From positions 64,001-128,000 of the forward strand of contig JBDRRF010000076.1 in assembly GCA_043825875.1 (NCBI GenBank): a stretch of DNA of 64,000 bases, written 5' to 3'. Source of the stretch: Pseudomonadota bacterium. Lineage in GTDB: Bacteria; Desulfobacterota; Desulfobacteria; Desulfobacterales; RPRI01. The notes beneath the pieces were generated by a model. It saw only the letters and a list, made by a program, of their open reading frames with translations. It was not told the origin of the DNA and ran no database searches. Positions within the stretch are counted from its first letter, which is position 1. The number at the start of each line of letters is the position of its first letter. The position numbers and the translations under genes are program-made. Positions 30,501-42,300 of this stretch are shown in pieces.

Positions 30501-31726
30501 GTTACAGTTACCCTCCCGGTCTTTCTGATAAATATGTTAAAAACACCCACAATTGAGGCAACTGCGCTTATGACCCAGTATGCAAACGGGTACCAAACTG
30601 CCCAAAAATAGTACTTAAGAGAAGATTTCTCCTCATAACGGCTGTCAATGGAAATACTGACTATAAACTGAATCAGACATACCAAAGCAAGGATTGAACC
30701 TGTTTTTTTCGGTAATAACGGAAATGCGGTATTTACGATATCTGTGCCAAAATCAAAAAACCAAAACAATACATAAGAGACCAGCCAGAAAACAATATAT
30801 ATGGCCAAACTGTATGCCCATAAAGTTCCCACAACATACTCCACATAAACAGGCCATAATCTGCGCTGTCTTTTATCTCGCCAAATATTGCTGTGTTTTT
30901 TCAATACTTCAATGCCGCCCTGGGCCCAGCGAACTCTTTGCATGAAAAGTCCTTTGATGGTCTCGGGAACAAGCACCCAGCACAATGCCCTTGGTTCATA
31001 ACGAACATCCCAGAAATTCTTCTGGAGCTTCCATGTCATGTCTATATCTTCTGTCACAGTGTCGGCGCTAAAAAGACCACACTGGAAAAGAGCACTTTTT
31101 CTATAGGCCGCAATTACTCCTGAGACAGAGAGCATTTTACCCAAAATCCTCTGGGCTCTTTTTATAAGACCGATAATACTTGAATATTCTCCTACCTGAA
31201 TTTTACCAAGAAGAGTTGTCCTGTTTAACACTCTGGGGTTTCCTGTTACAGCCCCCAGTCTTGGATGAGATACGAAATGCCAGGCCATGTATTTTAAGGC
31301 ATCTTTACCTAGTATGCTGTCGGCATCAATAACTAATATGAAATGCCCTTTAGTAAGAAGCAATGCAGCGTTTGTGGCCTTTGCCTTTCCTCCATTAGGG
31401 CTTATATTAATTACCTTAAGCCAATCAGAATACTTTTTTACAAGATTTCCAAGAATACTGGCGGTGTTATCGGTGCTTCCGTCATTTGCCACTATTACTT
31501 CATAATTGGGATATTCAAGGTCTTTTAAATTCTCTATGGTTTGTTCGATGTTAGCCTCTTCATTATGCGCCGGAACAATAATAGTGAAGGGGGGATATGC
31601 ATCCAGCAAAGGTGCTGCCTTTCTTTCCCAGCGCATATAAAAAATCAACCCGCCAACTATCCATACAATGCTCATATAAAGTGGAAAAAGAAAAACAAAA
31701 TAACCAATAATTTCCCAAACAATCAT
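30461..31726 (-). CDS. pgaC: Poly-beta-1,6-GlcNAc synthase
   Basis: PAHNEE, DGSTD, DAD, TEDID, QRVRWAQGG, W.SPDRG; ATGA overlap with the pgaB stop. Confidence 0.93.
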   Translation of the reverse strand: MIVWEIIGYFVFLFPLYMSIVWIVGGLIFYMRWERKAAPLLDAYPPFTIIVPAHNEEANIEQTIENLKDLEYPNYEVIVANDGSTDNTASILGNLVKKYSDWLKVINISPNGGKAKATNAALLLTKGHFILVIDADSILGKDALKYMAWHFVSHPRLGAVTGNPRVLNRTTLLGKIQVGEYSSIIGLIKRAQRILGKMLSVSGVIAAYRKSALFQCGLFSADTVTEDIDMTWKLQKNFWDVRYEPRALCWVLVPETIKGLFMQRVRWAQGGIEVLKKHSNIWRDKRQRRLWPVYVEYVVGTLWAYSLAIYIVFWLVSYVLFWFFDFGTDIVNTAFPLLPKKTGSILALVCLIQFIVSISIDSRYEEKSSLKYYFWAVWYPFAYWVISAVASIVGVFNIFIRKTGRVTVTWQSPDRGLHTLK

Positions 31727-33675
31727 TTTAGCAGCCACTCCTCAGGCAAAGTCCGTGTTGATATGATGGAGGACACAGAGTCCATATTCGGTTGGTTTTG
31801 GAAGACATTATCCGGGTAATAGGCCAGATGTTTGCCTCCCGATGACACCAAAAACCGCAGTTCTTTTTTTAAGATTGCATCACTTACAGGCCGATCATTT
31901 TTCCAGTCATAGCTTTGAACCTTAAAAATTACTTTATCTATAGCATGATGCTTTTCTACTCTGCTTACTATTTCGGCAAACCAGGTCTTAATTGCCCCCA
32001 AACTCTTCAAACCTTCCATTTGGGGATAAGCCATGATGACCGTATAATCATATTGTTTTAAATAGTTTTCAAAATCCTGACAAAACCATTCTTTTGCATC
32101 AGGATTAAGCAAGACAATGCTATAAATATTGCGGGCCGTCTCGGCAAGCGGTCTGTATTCTTTTACTGTTGCCATGAGTTGCCTGATAAAAGCATCTATT
32201 GTTTCTGTTTTAAGCGTAGTCCATTGCTCACGGACCTGATCGTCTCCTATATTATCCGGGTCCAATTCTGTTCCGTAATGTTTCTTAAATGCTTTTAGAG
32301 CGGATGGATGGAAATCTTCAAAATCAGTCAGGTAGGCATCATCCTGGAACAGGATGCCGTCAAAGCGCACATTGGCTGCCAAATCCCTGTAAATAGATTT
32401 TACAAATTCAAGGTTTTTCTCCTCAAAGGGGGAAAGCCTGCGATACCATGAAGAGGTAGTTTTGATTTGATTATCTTTATACTCTTTTACTTTCAGGCTT
32501 TCGTTTAAAACCTTATCCGGCAGCTCATAACTTAAAACAGGCATCCAGACAAATACTTTCATGCCTCTGATCCGTATTCTATTTACTGCATGGCTTAAAA
32601 AATCCATCTCAACGGCCAGGGTATTGTTTGAAAAATATACTGAACTAATATTGCCTGTTGCTTGCCGGTCACAAAAAGCCTGAAGGACCACTGTATTCAC
32701 ACCTGATGCCATCAGCCTTTCTATTACAAGCCCCAGATTATGATCACTTTCCTCAAACGATTCAGGATTTACGATCATATCAAGATCGATCTGTACACAA
32801 CGGGTATCATCCTTATACTTGAAATCTTCTTTCATTTTAGAAGCAAATTCATTGTATTTCATCAATTTCGTAATAATGTTACGATTGACAGCGGTCAATT
32901 TTTTAATGGAGGCCTTATCCGGTTTGAGAGTCAAAATTATTTTAAAGCCAAGTTTTTGTGCTTCATCTATCCCAAGACCATTGTGTTCGCCATAGGGCCA
33001 GGTAAGAATCCACGGGCTGGTTCCGGTAACTTCTTTGATTTTATGAATACTTTTTTTAAGGTCAGTTTTTATTCTATTTCGAAACTCTTTATCGCTTTCA
33101 TATCTTTTCTCTTCTTTAAAGAAGGCAAAAGTGCTCATGGCAGGCTCTGTGTTTCCTGCCGGGTTGTATACTATCGCCTTGTGAGAGTCATTCGAATGTG
33201 AGGCAATATATACCCGGCCTGAATCAGCCATTTCCTTAATCTGTTTCCATGACATCAGATCTTTGTTTCCTACATATTCCGGCTTTTCTTCTATCCATGA
33301 ACAGACCACCGAAAGTACTGCGGAATAACCGTATTTTTTCAATACAGGATATACAAACTGATAAAACGAAAGATATGCATCATCAAAAGTCAGCAAAACC
33401 GCTTTTTCAGGAAGGGGTTTTATCCCTTTTTTTGCAGCCATAATGTCATCAGGATTGATAACCGTATAACCGTTTTCCTTGAGATATTCCAAATGATTTA
33501 CAAAAACATGCCGTGCCACGTCCATAGACACCGATTCTTTTGCAGGGATATCGTGATAACAGAGAACGAGAAATTCTTCCGATGCAAAACAAGGCCATAC
33601 AAACAGAAATATAATGGTTATATAAGCTGTTATTCTAGAAATTTTTTCTAAGACCAAAGAAGGCGCTAAAAACAT
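31723..33675 (-). CDS. pgaB: PNAG N-deacetylase/hydrolase
   Basis: LCYHD, LTFDD, SHS..SH, WPYGE, V.LQAF, RLSPF, YYPDN; start approximate. Confidence 0.9.
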   Translation of the reverse strand: MFLAPSLVLEKISRITAYITIIFLFVWPCFASEEFLVLCYHDIPAKESVSMDVARHVFVNHLEYLKENGYTVINPDDIMAAKKGIKPLPEKAVLLTFDDAYLSFYQFVYPVLKKYGYSAVLSVVCSWIEEKPEYVGNKDLMSWKQIKEMADSGRVYIASHSNDSHKAIVYNPAGNTEPAMSTFAFFKEEKRYESDKEFRNRIKTDLKKSIHKIKEVTGTSPWILTWPYGEHNGLGIDEAQKLGFKIILTLKPDKASIKKLTAVNRNIITKLMKYNEFASKMKEDFKYKDDTRCVQIDLDMIVNPESFEESDHNLGLVIERLMASGVNTVVLQAFCDRQATGNISSVYFSNNTLAVEMDFLSHAVNRIRIRGMKVFVWMPVLSYELPDKVLNESLKVKEYKDNQIKTTSSWYRRLSPFEEKNLEFVKSIYRDLAANVRFDGILFQDDAYLTDFEDFHPSALKAFKKHYGTELDPDNIGDDQVREQWTTLKTETIDAFIRQLMATVKEYRPLAETARNIYSIVLLNPDAKEWFCQDFENYLKQYDYTVIMAYPQMEGLKSLGAIKTWFAEIVSRVEKHHAIDKVIFKVQSYDWKNDRPVSDAILKKELRFLVSSGGKHLAYYPDNVFQNQPNMDSVSSIISTRTLPEEWLLK

Positions 33676-36484
33676 GTGTCGAATCTCCATCATATATTTT
33701 TCTGTCCCATCCTGCATTCCAGAGGAATGCGAAGGTCTTCGAAATATCAACCGTTTGTTCATAGGTAATGCCGTAAATTGCATAAGACTTAAAACCGCTC
33801 TGAGCAAAAAGTCCTTCACGCGTATAGATAGACGATCTGACCTTTTTATCGTAGCGGGCATAATGCATATAATGAAAAGTTTGCGTCAGCATAAAAGTAT
33901 AACTTTCTTGTGGACTGAAATAATCCACGTCCTGCTTGCTGTTTGCGGAATAGTTTAATTCTCCCCCCATCCTGATTTTGAAATCCGGCAAATTAAATAC
34001 ATTTTGATCATAATAAAGAGTTACGCCCGAGCCTCTGTTCCCATCGCTTATTCGATTTTGGCTTAAAGAAAAGCCATAATATCTTAAATCGCTTTCGTTA
34101 TAACGTAAATCAAAGGATATATTTTTCCCTTCAACGCCGATAGCACGGGCTCTTATGGGAATTTCAAGAAGAAATGAGTTGAATCCGCCCGTAATGTCAA
34201 GATGGTCTGTAGGCAACCAGTTTACTGTGGTATAATAACCGAAATCTTTGGCACCTTCATAATCAAACGTAACGGCCTGCCTCCAGATTATCTCCGGAAA
34301 TACTATCCATTCACAACCAAGTCCTGCCCGGTTCCAATCATATTTCAAACCATCATCAGAGGTCTTCTGCCAGACGATTTCCTGAAAAATCTTGAAAGTG
34401 GTTGTAACCGGTTCAGTCATACTTGATCGAAGAAAAAATTCCTCGGCTCCGGGTGATTCCTGAATAAATTTTCCTTCAATCCAGAACTCATTCATATCTT
34501 CAACATGAAAGGTTTCAACAAGATCTATTACATGTTTATCCTTCGGAAATTTCTGATAGAGTTTTTTAGCAAGTTTTCTGGCATCTTCCTTATAATTTAA
34601 CTGATTCAGGGTTCTCGCAATACCGATCTGGATGCTACTGTTAAAGGTTGAATTATCAATATTTTGGGCAATATTAAATTCTTCCAGCGCCCGTCTTGGC
34701 CAACCCCTCCATAAGTATGTGTATGCAAGTGCATTTCGGTTCCCCGAATTCATGCCCGCCTTGTCCATAAATGATGTAAAATGCTCCTGGGCTTTTTTTA
34801 GTTTATCCTGAAAAGCCCAATGCCATCCACGTGCCTGGAATGCCTCAAGCCTTAACCATGGATCAAGCTGTTTTTCCTTATCAAGGTATAACTGTATCTC
34901 TTCCCATGTCTGTTCCGCTTCCTTCCATTTACGCAATTCCTGATAAGTATAAAAAAGGCCCATCAGCGTTGAAAATGGAGATGCTGATCCTTTTTTGATT
35001 GTAAGCTGATAGAAGTACAGTGCTTTTTCAGGTTCCTCCAAATAAAGATATGCATCTGCAACGGCCTGAGTAACATAGGAAGGTATTGATGAAATATCAT
35101 GATTGATAAGGTGAAACTGATCTATGATTTCCTGCATCCGTTCTTTGCTTCGCAGCGCAGTAATGTAGTCATATCGCGCACGAATGTCAGCAGGGTTTTC
35201 ATCCAGTATTTTTTTTAGGATTTTTTCCGCTTTCTCCGGTTGGTCCCACCTTAATCTGTTTCTGGCACGGTCTTCTTCAAGGGAGTGTATAAATGATTGT
35301 TCCGAATTCTTGTTTAATATTGCCTCATCATAGGCAATACTCGATGATCCCAAATCCGATAGTGCTCTTAACTTAAGTTTCTGTGCAACAGCATTTTTCG
35401 GCTTTAAGAGCAAAATCGCTTCATATACATCTATTGCTGCCAGAAAATCTCGTTGCTTTTCATAGACAAAGGCTTTTGCAAAAAGAGCATCCACGGTAAA
35501 ACAGTCCTTAATCAAGACTTTTTCCAACGCTTGATGGGCAGCTAAAAACTCATTTTTCATGGTAAGAGGATAGGCAGACCCAATTGGGGCAAGGCAGGAA
35601 TCCGGCCATTTGCTAACAATAAAGCGATAAATCCGTAGCGAATTATCGTAATTTCCCGCTTTAAAATAACTCCATGCCAGTTCAAGAAGAATACCAGGAG
35701 AAAGCGTTTCCATGTCGAATTGAATAAGCTTAGGTAGGTGATTTATCTGCCCGTTATCCACATCAAGGATAAGATTGAAAGGAAAATTATCCCTGTATTG
35801 ATTCTGTAAGATATGGATGTCATCTGAAGATAGAAAGGAAAAAACCGCTTTGCGCTTATCATATACTTCTTTTATCAATAACTCATTTGTTTCAGCCTGT
35901 AAATACTTCAGATATCCTGTATATGCTTTTCTATAGTTTTGTTCTTTTTGAAACAGATCAGCCCGAAGAAAACTTATTATATTTGGAGAGACGGTATTTT
36001 TGCTTTGCGCTTCATTTATCAAACTATGGGCTTTTGCATAATTTCCTGTTTGAAAAAGGCAATAAAGAACGCCTTTAAATGCTTCGCTGTCGCCAGGGTT
36101 TTCTGAAAGGACCCATTCATAAAGCTGCTGTGCCTCCTGGTATCGGCCCAGGTCGAAAAATGCACGGGCTACGGCTTTGTTCACATAAGGCAGCTTTTGA
36201 AGATCTTTTTTATGTTTTAGGAAAAAATCGACTGCTTCCCGTTTGTTTCCGGTCCAAACCAGACAAACCGCATAGTCCGCTTTAATGAAAATGTGGTTGG
36301 GATCTTTCTTAATAGCATTTATCAGGAATGGAAGAGCTTCGGCGTAATTTTCCTGCTTTATAAAGCTTACTGCCCGATCATAATCAATTTGGATTTCAGA
36401 AATATTTCCTGAATAGGCAATGTTATGAACAAACGAAGCAATCGTTAGACAAAGCAAAAACAGGATATGCCTTCTTTTATACAC
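33635..36484 (-). CDS. pgaA: PNAG export porin (TPR + beta-barrel)
   Basis: Signal peptide, TPRs, WRGWPRRA, YFSP, terminal Phe; first gene of the pga operon. Confidence 0.85.
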   Translation of the reverse strand: MYKRRHILFLLCLTIASFVHNIAYSGNISEIQIDYDRAVSFIKQENYAEALPFLINAIKKDPNHIFIKADYAVCLVWTGNKREAVDFFLKHKKDLQKLPYVNKAVARAFFDLGRYQEAQQLYEWVLSENPGDSEAFKGVLYCLFQTGNYAKAHSLINEAQSKNTVSPNIISFLRADLFQKEQNYRKAYTGYLKYLQAETNELLIKEVYDKRKAVFSFLSSDDIHILQNQYRDNFPFNLILDVDNGQINHLPKLIQFDMETLSPGILLELAWSYFKAGNYDNSLRIYRFIVSKWPDSCLAPIGSAYPLTMKNEFLAAHQALEKVLIKDCFTVDALFAKAFVYEKQRDFLAAIDVYEAILLLKPKNAVAQKLKLRALSDLGSSSIAYDEAILNKNSEQSFIHSLEEDRARNRLRWDQPEKAEKILKKILDENPADIRARYDYITALRSKERMQEIIDQFHLINHDISSIPSYVTQAVADAYLYLEEPEKALYFYQLTIKKGSASPFSTLMGLFYTYQELRKWKEAEQTWEEIQLYLDKEKQLDPWLRLEAFQARGWHWAFQDKLKKAQEHFTSFMDKAGMNSGNRNALAYTYLWRGWPRRALEEFNIAQNIDNSTFNSSIQIGIARTLNQLNYKEDARKLAKKLYQKFPKDKHVIDLVETFHVEDMNEFWIEGKFIQESPGAEEFFLRSSMTEPVTTTFKIFQEIVWQKTSDDGLKYDWNRAGLGCEWIVFPEIIWRQAVTFDYEGAKDFGYYTTVNWLPTDHLDITGGFNSFLLEIPIRARAIGVEGKNISFDLRYNESDLRYYGFSLSQNRISDGNRGSGVTLYYDQNVFNLPDFKIRMGGELNYSANSKQDVDYFSPQESYTFMLTQTFHYMHYARYDKKVRSSIYTREGLFAQSGFKSYAIYGITYEQTVDISKTFAFLWNAGWDRKIYDGDSTHVFSAFFGLRKNF

Positions 36485-36672
36485 TTAAAGTCTTTCCTTA
36501 TCATATATGAGCTTTGTATTTTTCAAACCTAACTAAAGAACGCTTTATGTATTTACCAAAGATCATACCAGAAAAGGGAAAAAAGTGCAATGCGAAAGAT
36601 AATTCCATATGTGGTATGGAAGAGCCTAGTGCAAAAAAGGTGGCTAAGTAACAAAAGATAAAAAACAACCTA

Positions 36673-37107
36673 TTAATTACTTTTTTTTAGTAGATTTTTA
36701 ATCCATTCCAATTCTGCAACCGCCCATTGACAATTAAGACTAACAGCGTAATTGAGCAATTCAACTTTTTCATTATTTATTCGTACTCCGCGCATTGGTT
36801 TTTCTACTTCTTCTTCGTATGGGATCACTTTAGTAACCGGCAAACCTTCAGATTCTAAGAATCCCTCCATAAATGGTATCTCTTTAACATTATCGTCGTC
36901 AACTAAAACTGATACATTAGGAACTTCTATTATTAAAGGCATATTTGCGTACTGCTTTTTTAAATAAGCACAATAGCTCAAGGCAATTTTAGCTTCATTT
37001 AATTTAGGATAAACATTGATTTCTGATGATCTAGCTAAATCTTTCTGACTTTGTTTTAGATTTGATGATTCCGTCAAGTCATCCTGTCTTCGTTTCCAAA
37101 TTGACAT
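36673..37107 (-). CDS. Hypothetical protein
   Basis: ORF with a GGAGG RBS before ATG 37107. Confidence 0.5.
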   Translation of the reverse strand: MSIWKRRQDDLTESSNLKQSQKDLARSSEINVYPKLNEAKIALSYCAYLKKQYANMPLIIEVPNVSVLVDDDNVKEIPFMEGFLESEGLPVTKVIPYEEEVEKPMRGVRINNEKVELLNYAVSLNCQWAVAELEWIKNLLKKSN

Positions 37108-37376
37108 TTTTTTCACCTCCAAAAAATACTTGAGTTTGTAGCTGAATAAATAATATCTATCATAACCGTAAACTGATAGAGCGTTAACAACTTTTATTTA
37201 AATATTTAGGTGGAAGTCATATTGAATAGTTTCTTTTCAATACCGGAAATTTTTAAAACTATCAATATCATAGTTAAAAATATATTGGCAACGTATAATT
37301 GATATCCTTAGGAAGTTCATTGTTCAATGATGGTCTGCCTATGCAAACTACTGTTCTAAAAATTAGTATGCCGACA

Positions 37377-37519
37377 GAGCCAGTTTCAAAACGCCCCATC
37401 TCGGCCGATCTCAGCTTTGGGTAAAAATTTCTATCCTCGAAATACTCCATGTATTCCTGCGGTAAAAATTTTTTACCCGCCTTGACCTTAAACAAACTGA
37501 AACGTTTTGAACGTGGCTC
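37377..37519 (-). mobile_element. MITE copy 3 (143 bp)
   Basis: Same TIRs, inverted; flanks GACA / AACA (3 of 4 match). Confidence 0.8.
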
Positions 37520-37618
37520 AACATTTTGGGAATTAATCGGATGGATGCGATGCATATACCACAGATCAAGATTCTGAGGTATATCAGCAAAGGGTTGGCT
37601 GCGACAGAGAAAACAATT

Positions 37619-37753
37619 TTAAATATCTTTAATGTCTCCAATCAGTTTATCAAACTGCTCAACGTCCACAACCGGTGATGTAGTGAAGCTGATTCCGGTT
37701 AATTTATGTAACGCCACTGAAGAATACTTTCCATACATTATAAATATTGGCAT
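37619..37753 (-). pseudogene. Internally deleted GYD-domain-like gene (44 aa)
   Basis: AGGAGG RBS; MPIFIMYGKYSS|VALHKLTGISFTTSPVVDVEQFDKLI resembles the two ends of roughly 95-aa GYD proteins. Confidence 0.55.
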
Positions 37754-37773
37754 ACTGATCCTCCTTTTTTTAC

Positions 37774-38661
37774 CTAAAGCAGCCCGGCCTCTTTCATTAT
37801 ATCTACAACCTTTTCTTCTTTGCCGATTGCCATTATATGAACACCATCACAAATTTTTTCTTCCTTTATCTTTCTTATCATACGCCCTGCGATTTCAATT
37901 CCTTTATTTAATGCGCCGCCTTTTGGAGCAGCAGCCATTTCATCTATAAGATCCTGCGGAACTAAAACGCCCGCAACGTTTTTATTCATAAAACGCGCCA
38001 TCGGAGCAGAAGTTAAAAGTATTATACCTGCAAGTATTTTAACCGGAAACTGGCGGGCGTACTCCATAAACTCATTGAAATTATCAAGATCATATACTGC
38101 CTGTGTCTGTATAAATTCAGCACCTGCTTCGATCTTTTTTTCAAATTTTATCAACTGCGGCTCAAGAGGTTTGGCTTCAGGTGTAACAATTGCACCTGCA
38201 CAGAAGCTCACTCCACCATCGAGTTCATTTCCTGCCATATCTTTTCCTTTTTCAAGTTTTCTTATTGCAGCCACAAGCTGGCTTGAATCAAGATCAAAAA
38301 CGCCTTTTGCTTCCTTGTGATCTCCCAGCATAACCGAATCGCCTGTAAGGCATAAAACATTGTTTATACCACGGCTGGAAGCAAACAAAAGATCAGCCTG
38401 AAGTGCCAGGCGATTGCGATCCCGGCAGGTCATCTGAAGAATTGGCTCGCCACCAAGTTCTTTTACTAAAAGAGCACCGCCTAAAGAAGGATATCGCATT
38501 ACAGAACTCTGATGATCGGTTACATTCATGGCATCCACCTTATCTTTTAGCAATTCAATATGGTGGGTCATTTTAACAAGGTTCGTACCTTTGGCCGGAG
38601 CGACTTCGCAGGTAACTACAAATTTGCCGGAATCAAGGGCTTTTTTAAATGCTGATGGCAT
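37774..38661 (-). CDS. metF: Methylenetetrahydrofolate reductase
   Basis: NVTD, Q.TCRDRNR.ALQ, LTGD, KKIEAGA.FIQTQ, GVHIM. Confidence 0.9.
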   Translation of the reverse strand: MPSAFKKALDSGKFVVTCEVAPAKGTNLVKMTHHIELLKDKVDAMNVTDHQSSVMRYPSLGGALLVKELGGEPILQMTCRDRNRLALQADLLFASSRGINNVLCLTGDSVMLGDHKEAKGVFDLDSSQLVAAIRKLEKGKDMAGNELDGGVSFCAGAIVTPEAKPLEPQLIKFEKKIEAGAEFIQTQAVYDLDNFNEFMEYARQFPVKILAGIILLTSAPMARFMNKNVAGVLVPQDLIDEMAAAPKGGALNKGIEIAGRMIRKIKEEKICDGVHIMAIGKEEKVVDIMKEAGLL

Positions 38662-38697
38662 AAATTATTTCCTTTCATTATCTGAAAGTATATAACA

Positions 38698-39348
38698 TCA
38701 AACCGGAATTTGAAATTTTCCAGGACTGGGTTCACCAAGATGATTTCGTGGTTTTTTGTAAACCCGCATAACATCAAGGCGTTCTAGTTCCTTTAATCGA
38801 TTGTAAATTAAAGTCCATGCACAGTCTTTGTTGGAATCGATTTCACATTTTCCGTTATTTGTACCGCCACAAGGACCATTAACCAGTCCTTTATGACAGG
38901 CAGTTACAGGACATATTCCGCCGGTTTCTCCTATTACACATATGCCGCACTGTGTGCATACTTCATTATATTCACCGGCACCTGTTTCCTTTCCGACAAA
39001 AAGAGTATTCAATGCCGGAATGGCAATTTTATTGATCTGTCGGGCAATGGTTTGAACACCGAACGCACATGTCATAATAAGCAGCCCGTCAGCCTGTTTC
39101 AACTGAGCCTCGAATTCTCTTAAAATATCTGCCGTCAGATTGTCGCATGCCACAGGAACAACTGTGTTGCCTGTAACGACTTTACCTTTCTCCGACAAAG
39201 AATTTTTCATGGCTTCTACCTGCAATATCCCACCGGTTTGTGTAAGAGTAACGCAGGTTCCGCAGCCGATTATAAATACTCTGTTTATTCCGTAAAGAAG
39301 GCTTTCAATTTCTTCCATCGATTTTTGTTGAGTAATAGATCGGATCAT
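38698..39348 (-). CDS. metV: MetV (MTHFR small Zn/Fe-S subunit)
   Basis: GCGTC, C..CG.C....TGGICP...C.KGL.NGPCGG...GKCE....DCAW. Confidence 0.88.
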   Translation of the reverse strand: MIRSITQQKSMEEIESLLYGINRVFIIGCGTCVTLTQTGGILQVEAMKNSLSEKGKVVTGNTVVPVACDNLTADILREFEAQLKQADGLLIMTCAFGVQTIARQINKIAIPALNTLFVGKETGAGEYNEVCTQCGICVIGETGGICPVTACHKGLVNGPCGGTNNGKCEIDSNKDCAWTLIYNRLKELERLDVMRVYKKPRNHLGEPSPGKFQIPV

Positions 39349-42300
39349 ACTTCACTCTTCTCCTTTTCTAAATCGCATCTTAGACACCTTATAGCTTCAA
39401 AGCGGGCCTCTTGTTCGGAAAACCCCTTTTCAACCTCCCGAAAATCTTTGACACGATCTTCAGGTTCTTCAAACTCGATTTTAACCCTTGGCTTTGCTTC
39501 AGCAGATTCTTCCTCAAGAGCCAGGCCGGTTTCCTGGGCCAGGTCAGTTTTTTCATCCGGTATACTAATGCGTGAGCTGTCACCTGACAAATATTTATCA
39601 ATCGCCAGCGCAGCACGCCTGCCTGAAGCAATTGCCCGGATCACGTAAGTCGGTCCGGTCGTGAAATCACCGCCAGCAAAAACTCCGGGAACATTGGTTG
39701 ACAGCGTGTTTTCATCCACAACCAAACTTCCCCACAATGCTCTTTCCAACTGGCTGTCTTCGGGTAAAAAGGACATATCGGGAGCCTGTCCGATTGAAAT
39801 AATGATGTTATCGGTATCCACATACTGAGTGTCATTGATATCGCATTCCGGGCTGAACCGCCCTTCCTGATTAAACACGGAAATACACCGGGTGAAACTG
39901 ATGCCATTGACTTTACCATTCTCGTGAAAAATCCGGGTGGGCGACCAGGAAGGGTTGAGAATAATCCCCTCATCTATGGCCTCTTCAATATCTTTTTCCC
40001 ATGCCGGCATTTCATCCCGGCTTTCCAGACAGAATATTTGCACAACCTCAGAACCTAAACGAAGCGCCGTCCTCGCAACGTCAATAGCCACATTCCCTCC
40101 GCCGATAATCACTGCTTTTCCTTTCAGTGAAATATCTTTTCCGGTTCGCACGTCGCTTAAAAATGTTAACCCGTATTGCAAACCTTCAAGACCGTCTTCT
40201 TCACCCTGAACGCCGATTCGTTTACTGGCCTGTGCGCCCGAAGCTATAAATACGGCTTCAAAACCTTCTTTCATTAAGTCATTGACAGTATGATTGGCGT
40301 CAATGGGATAATTACAAAATATTTTAACACCCGCATTCTCTATATATTTGATTTCTGCTTCAATTACTTTCCGGGGCAAACGGAATTCGGGAACAGCGAT
40401 GCCCAACATCCCGCCGGGAAGTGGCTGAGCTTCATAAACAGTAGTTTCATAACCCATTTGAGCCAGAAAATAGGCGCAAGTAAGTCCAGCAGGTCCTGCG
40501 CCGATAACCGCCACTTTCTCTTCGTGGGTAACTGGAAACTGGGAACGCTCCGAACCGATATTATCAAAATACCAGTCTGCCGCAAATCGCTTGAGCGTTC
40601 GAATGGCTACCGGTTCATCAAGCTCTCCGCGCCTGCACTTGAATTCGCAGGGATGAATGCAGATTCTGCCGCATACCGCCGGAAACGGATTCTTTTCCCG
40701 GATGATATCGACCGCCTGTTGATATTTCCCACCAGCTATGGCCGCCACGTAGTTGGGCACATCAATTCCGGCCGGACAGGCATGCTGACATGCAGATATA
40801 ACCATGGAATCACAAACAGCTCCGGCGCACCGATGCTCATGAATATGATCTAAATACTCCTTTTCGAAATATTTGAGCGTCGAAAGCGCCGGTTTGGAGC
40901 AAGCCTGGCCCAGACCGCACAGGGATGCTTCTGCCATGGTTTCGCCAATAGATTTGATGGTATCAATATCTTCAATCCGACCGCGCCCCTGGGTAATCCG
41001 GGTCAGAATTTCCAGCATCTGCGTTGTGCCCAAACGACATGGGGCGCATTTGCCGCATGATTCCGATTGTGTAAAATCCAGGAAAAATCTGGCAATTTCG
41101 ACCATGCAGTTATTTTCATCCAGAACCACCATTCCGCCGGACCCCATAATGGCCCCAATCCGCTGAATCGTATCATAATCAACGGGAAGATTTAAAAACT
41201 GCGCGGAAACGCAACCACCTGCCGGTCCACCCATTTGAACGGCTTTAAATTTTCGACCCTTGGGAATGCCTCCGCCGATATCAAATACAATATCTTTAAT
41301 AGTTGCACCGATGGGAACTTCCACCAAACCGGTATTATGCACTTTTCCGGCAAGAGAAAATATTTTGGTGCCTTTGCTTTTTTCCGTACCGATTTGAGCA
41401 TACCAGGCAGCCCCGTTCTTTATAATCAAAGGGATATTTGCCCATGTTTCTACATTGTTTATATTTGTTGGTTTGGCATCCAAACCGGCCTGCGCCGGGA
41501 AGGGGGGGCGCGGCCTTGGCATTCCGCGTTTTCCTTCAATGGATGCCATGAGTGCGGTCTCCTCGCCGCAGACAAAGGCACCGGCGCCCATCTTTAATGC
41601 AAGCTGGAAATTAAAACCCGTTCCTAAGATGTTTTCTCCCAGAAGCCCCAGTTCCTTCATTTGTTCTAAAGCAATAGTCAGATGTTCAACTGCGATAGGG
41701 TATTCTTCACGTACATAAATATATCCGTACTCCGCTCCCATCGCATAAGCGCCGACAAGCATCCCCTCCATGACGGCATGGGGATCACCTTCAAGGATAG
41801 CCCGGTCCATAAATGCACCTGGATCTCCTTCATCCGCATTGCAAATCACGTACTTCGGAATACTTTTCTCCTGCCTGGCAAAGCCCCACTTGATTCCTGT
41901 GTAGAAACCGGCACCACCCCTGCCTCTTAGCTTAGATATCTTAACTTCTTCGATTACTGATTCAGGCGTCATATTGGAAAGAGCTTTAACAATCGCCTTA
42001 TATCCTCCGGCCGCAATATAATGCTCGATTTTTGTCGGATCGATCCGCCCACAATTGGCTAATACGCGCCGTTCCTGTTTCATGTAAAAGGGAATCTGCT
42101 TCTTGTAATAAATCGGCTTTAATGTCTTGGGATCACGGTAAGCCAACCGCTCAATCAACAGGTTGTTTTTTAAGGTCTGACCCACAATTTCCGCGGCATC
42201 TTGCGGGTCAACTTCCTGATATTGAATCCCTAAAGGTTCGATAGCAATCACAGGCGCCTTTGCGCAAAATCCATGACAACCGGTCGACCGGACTTCCACA

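Noticed and set aside
33676..33861. Long N-terminal extension of pgaB
   Set aside because: Overlaps pgaA by more than 200 bp; the signal-like segment starts later.
37274..37641. ORFs 37274..37555 and 37411..37641 as genes
   Set aside because: Largely read-through of MITE copy 3.
39389..42244. Many short antisense or alternate-frame ORFs within large genes (here and elsewhere)
   Set aside because: Shadows of well-supported CDSs with no motifs.
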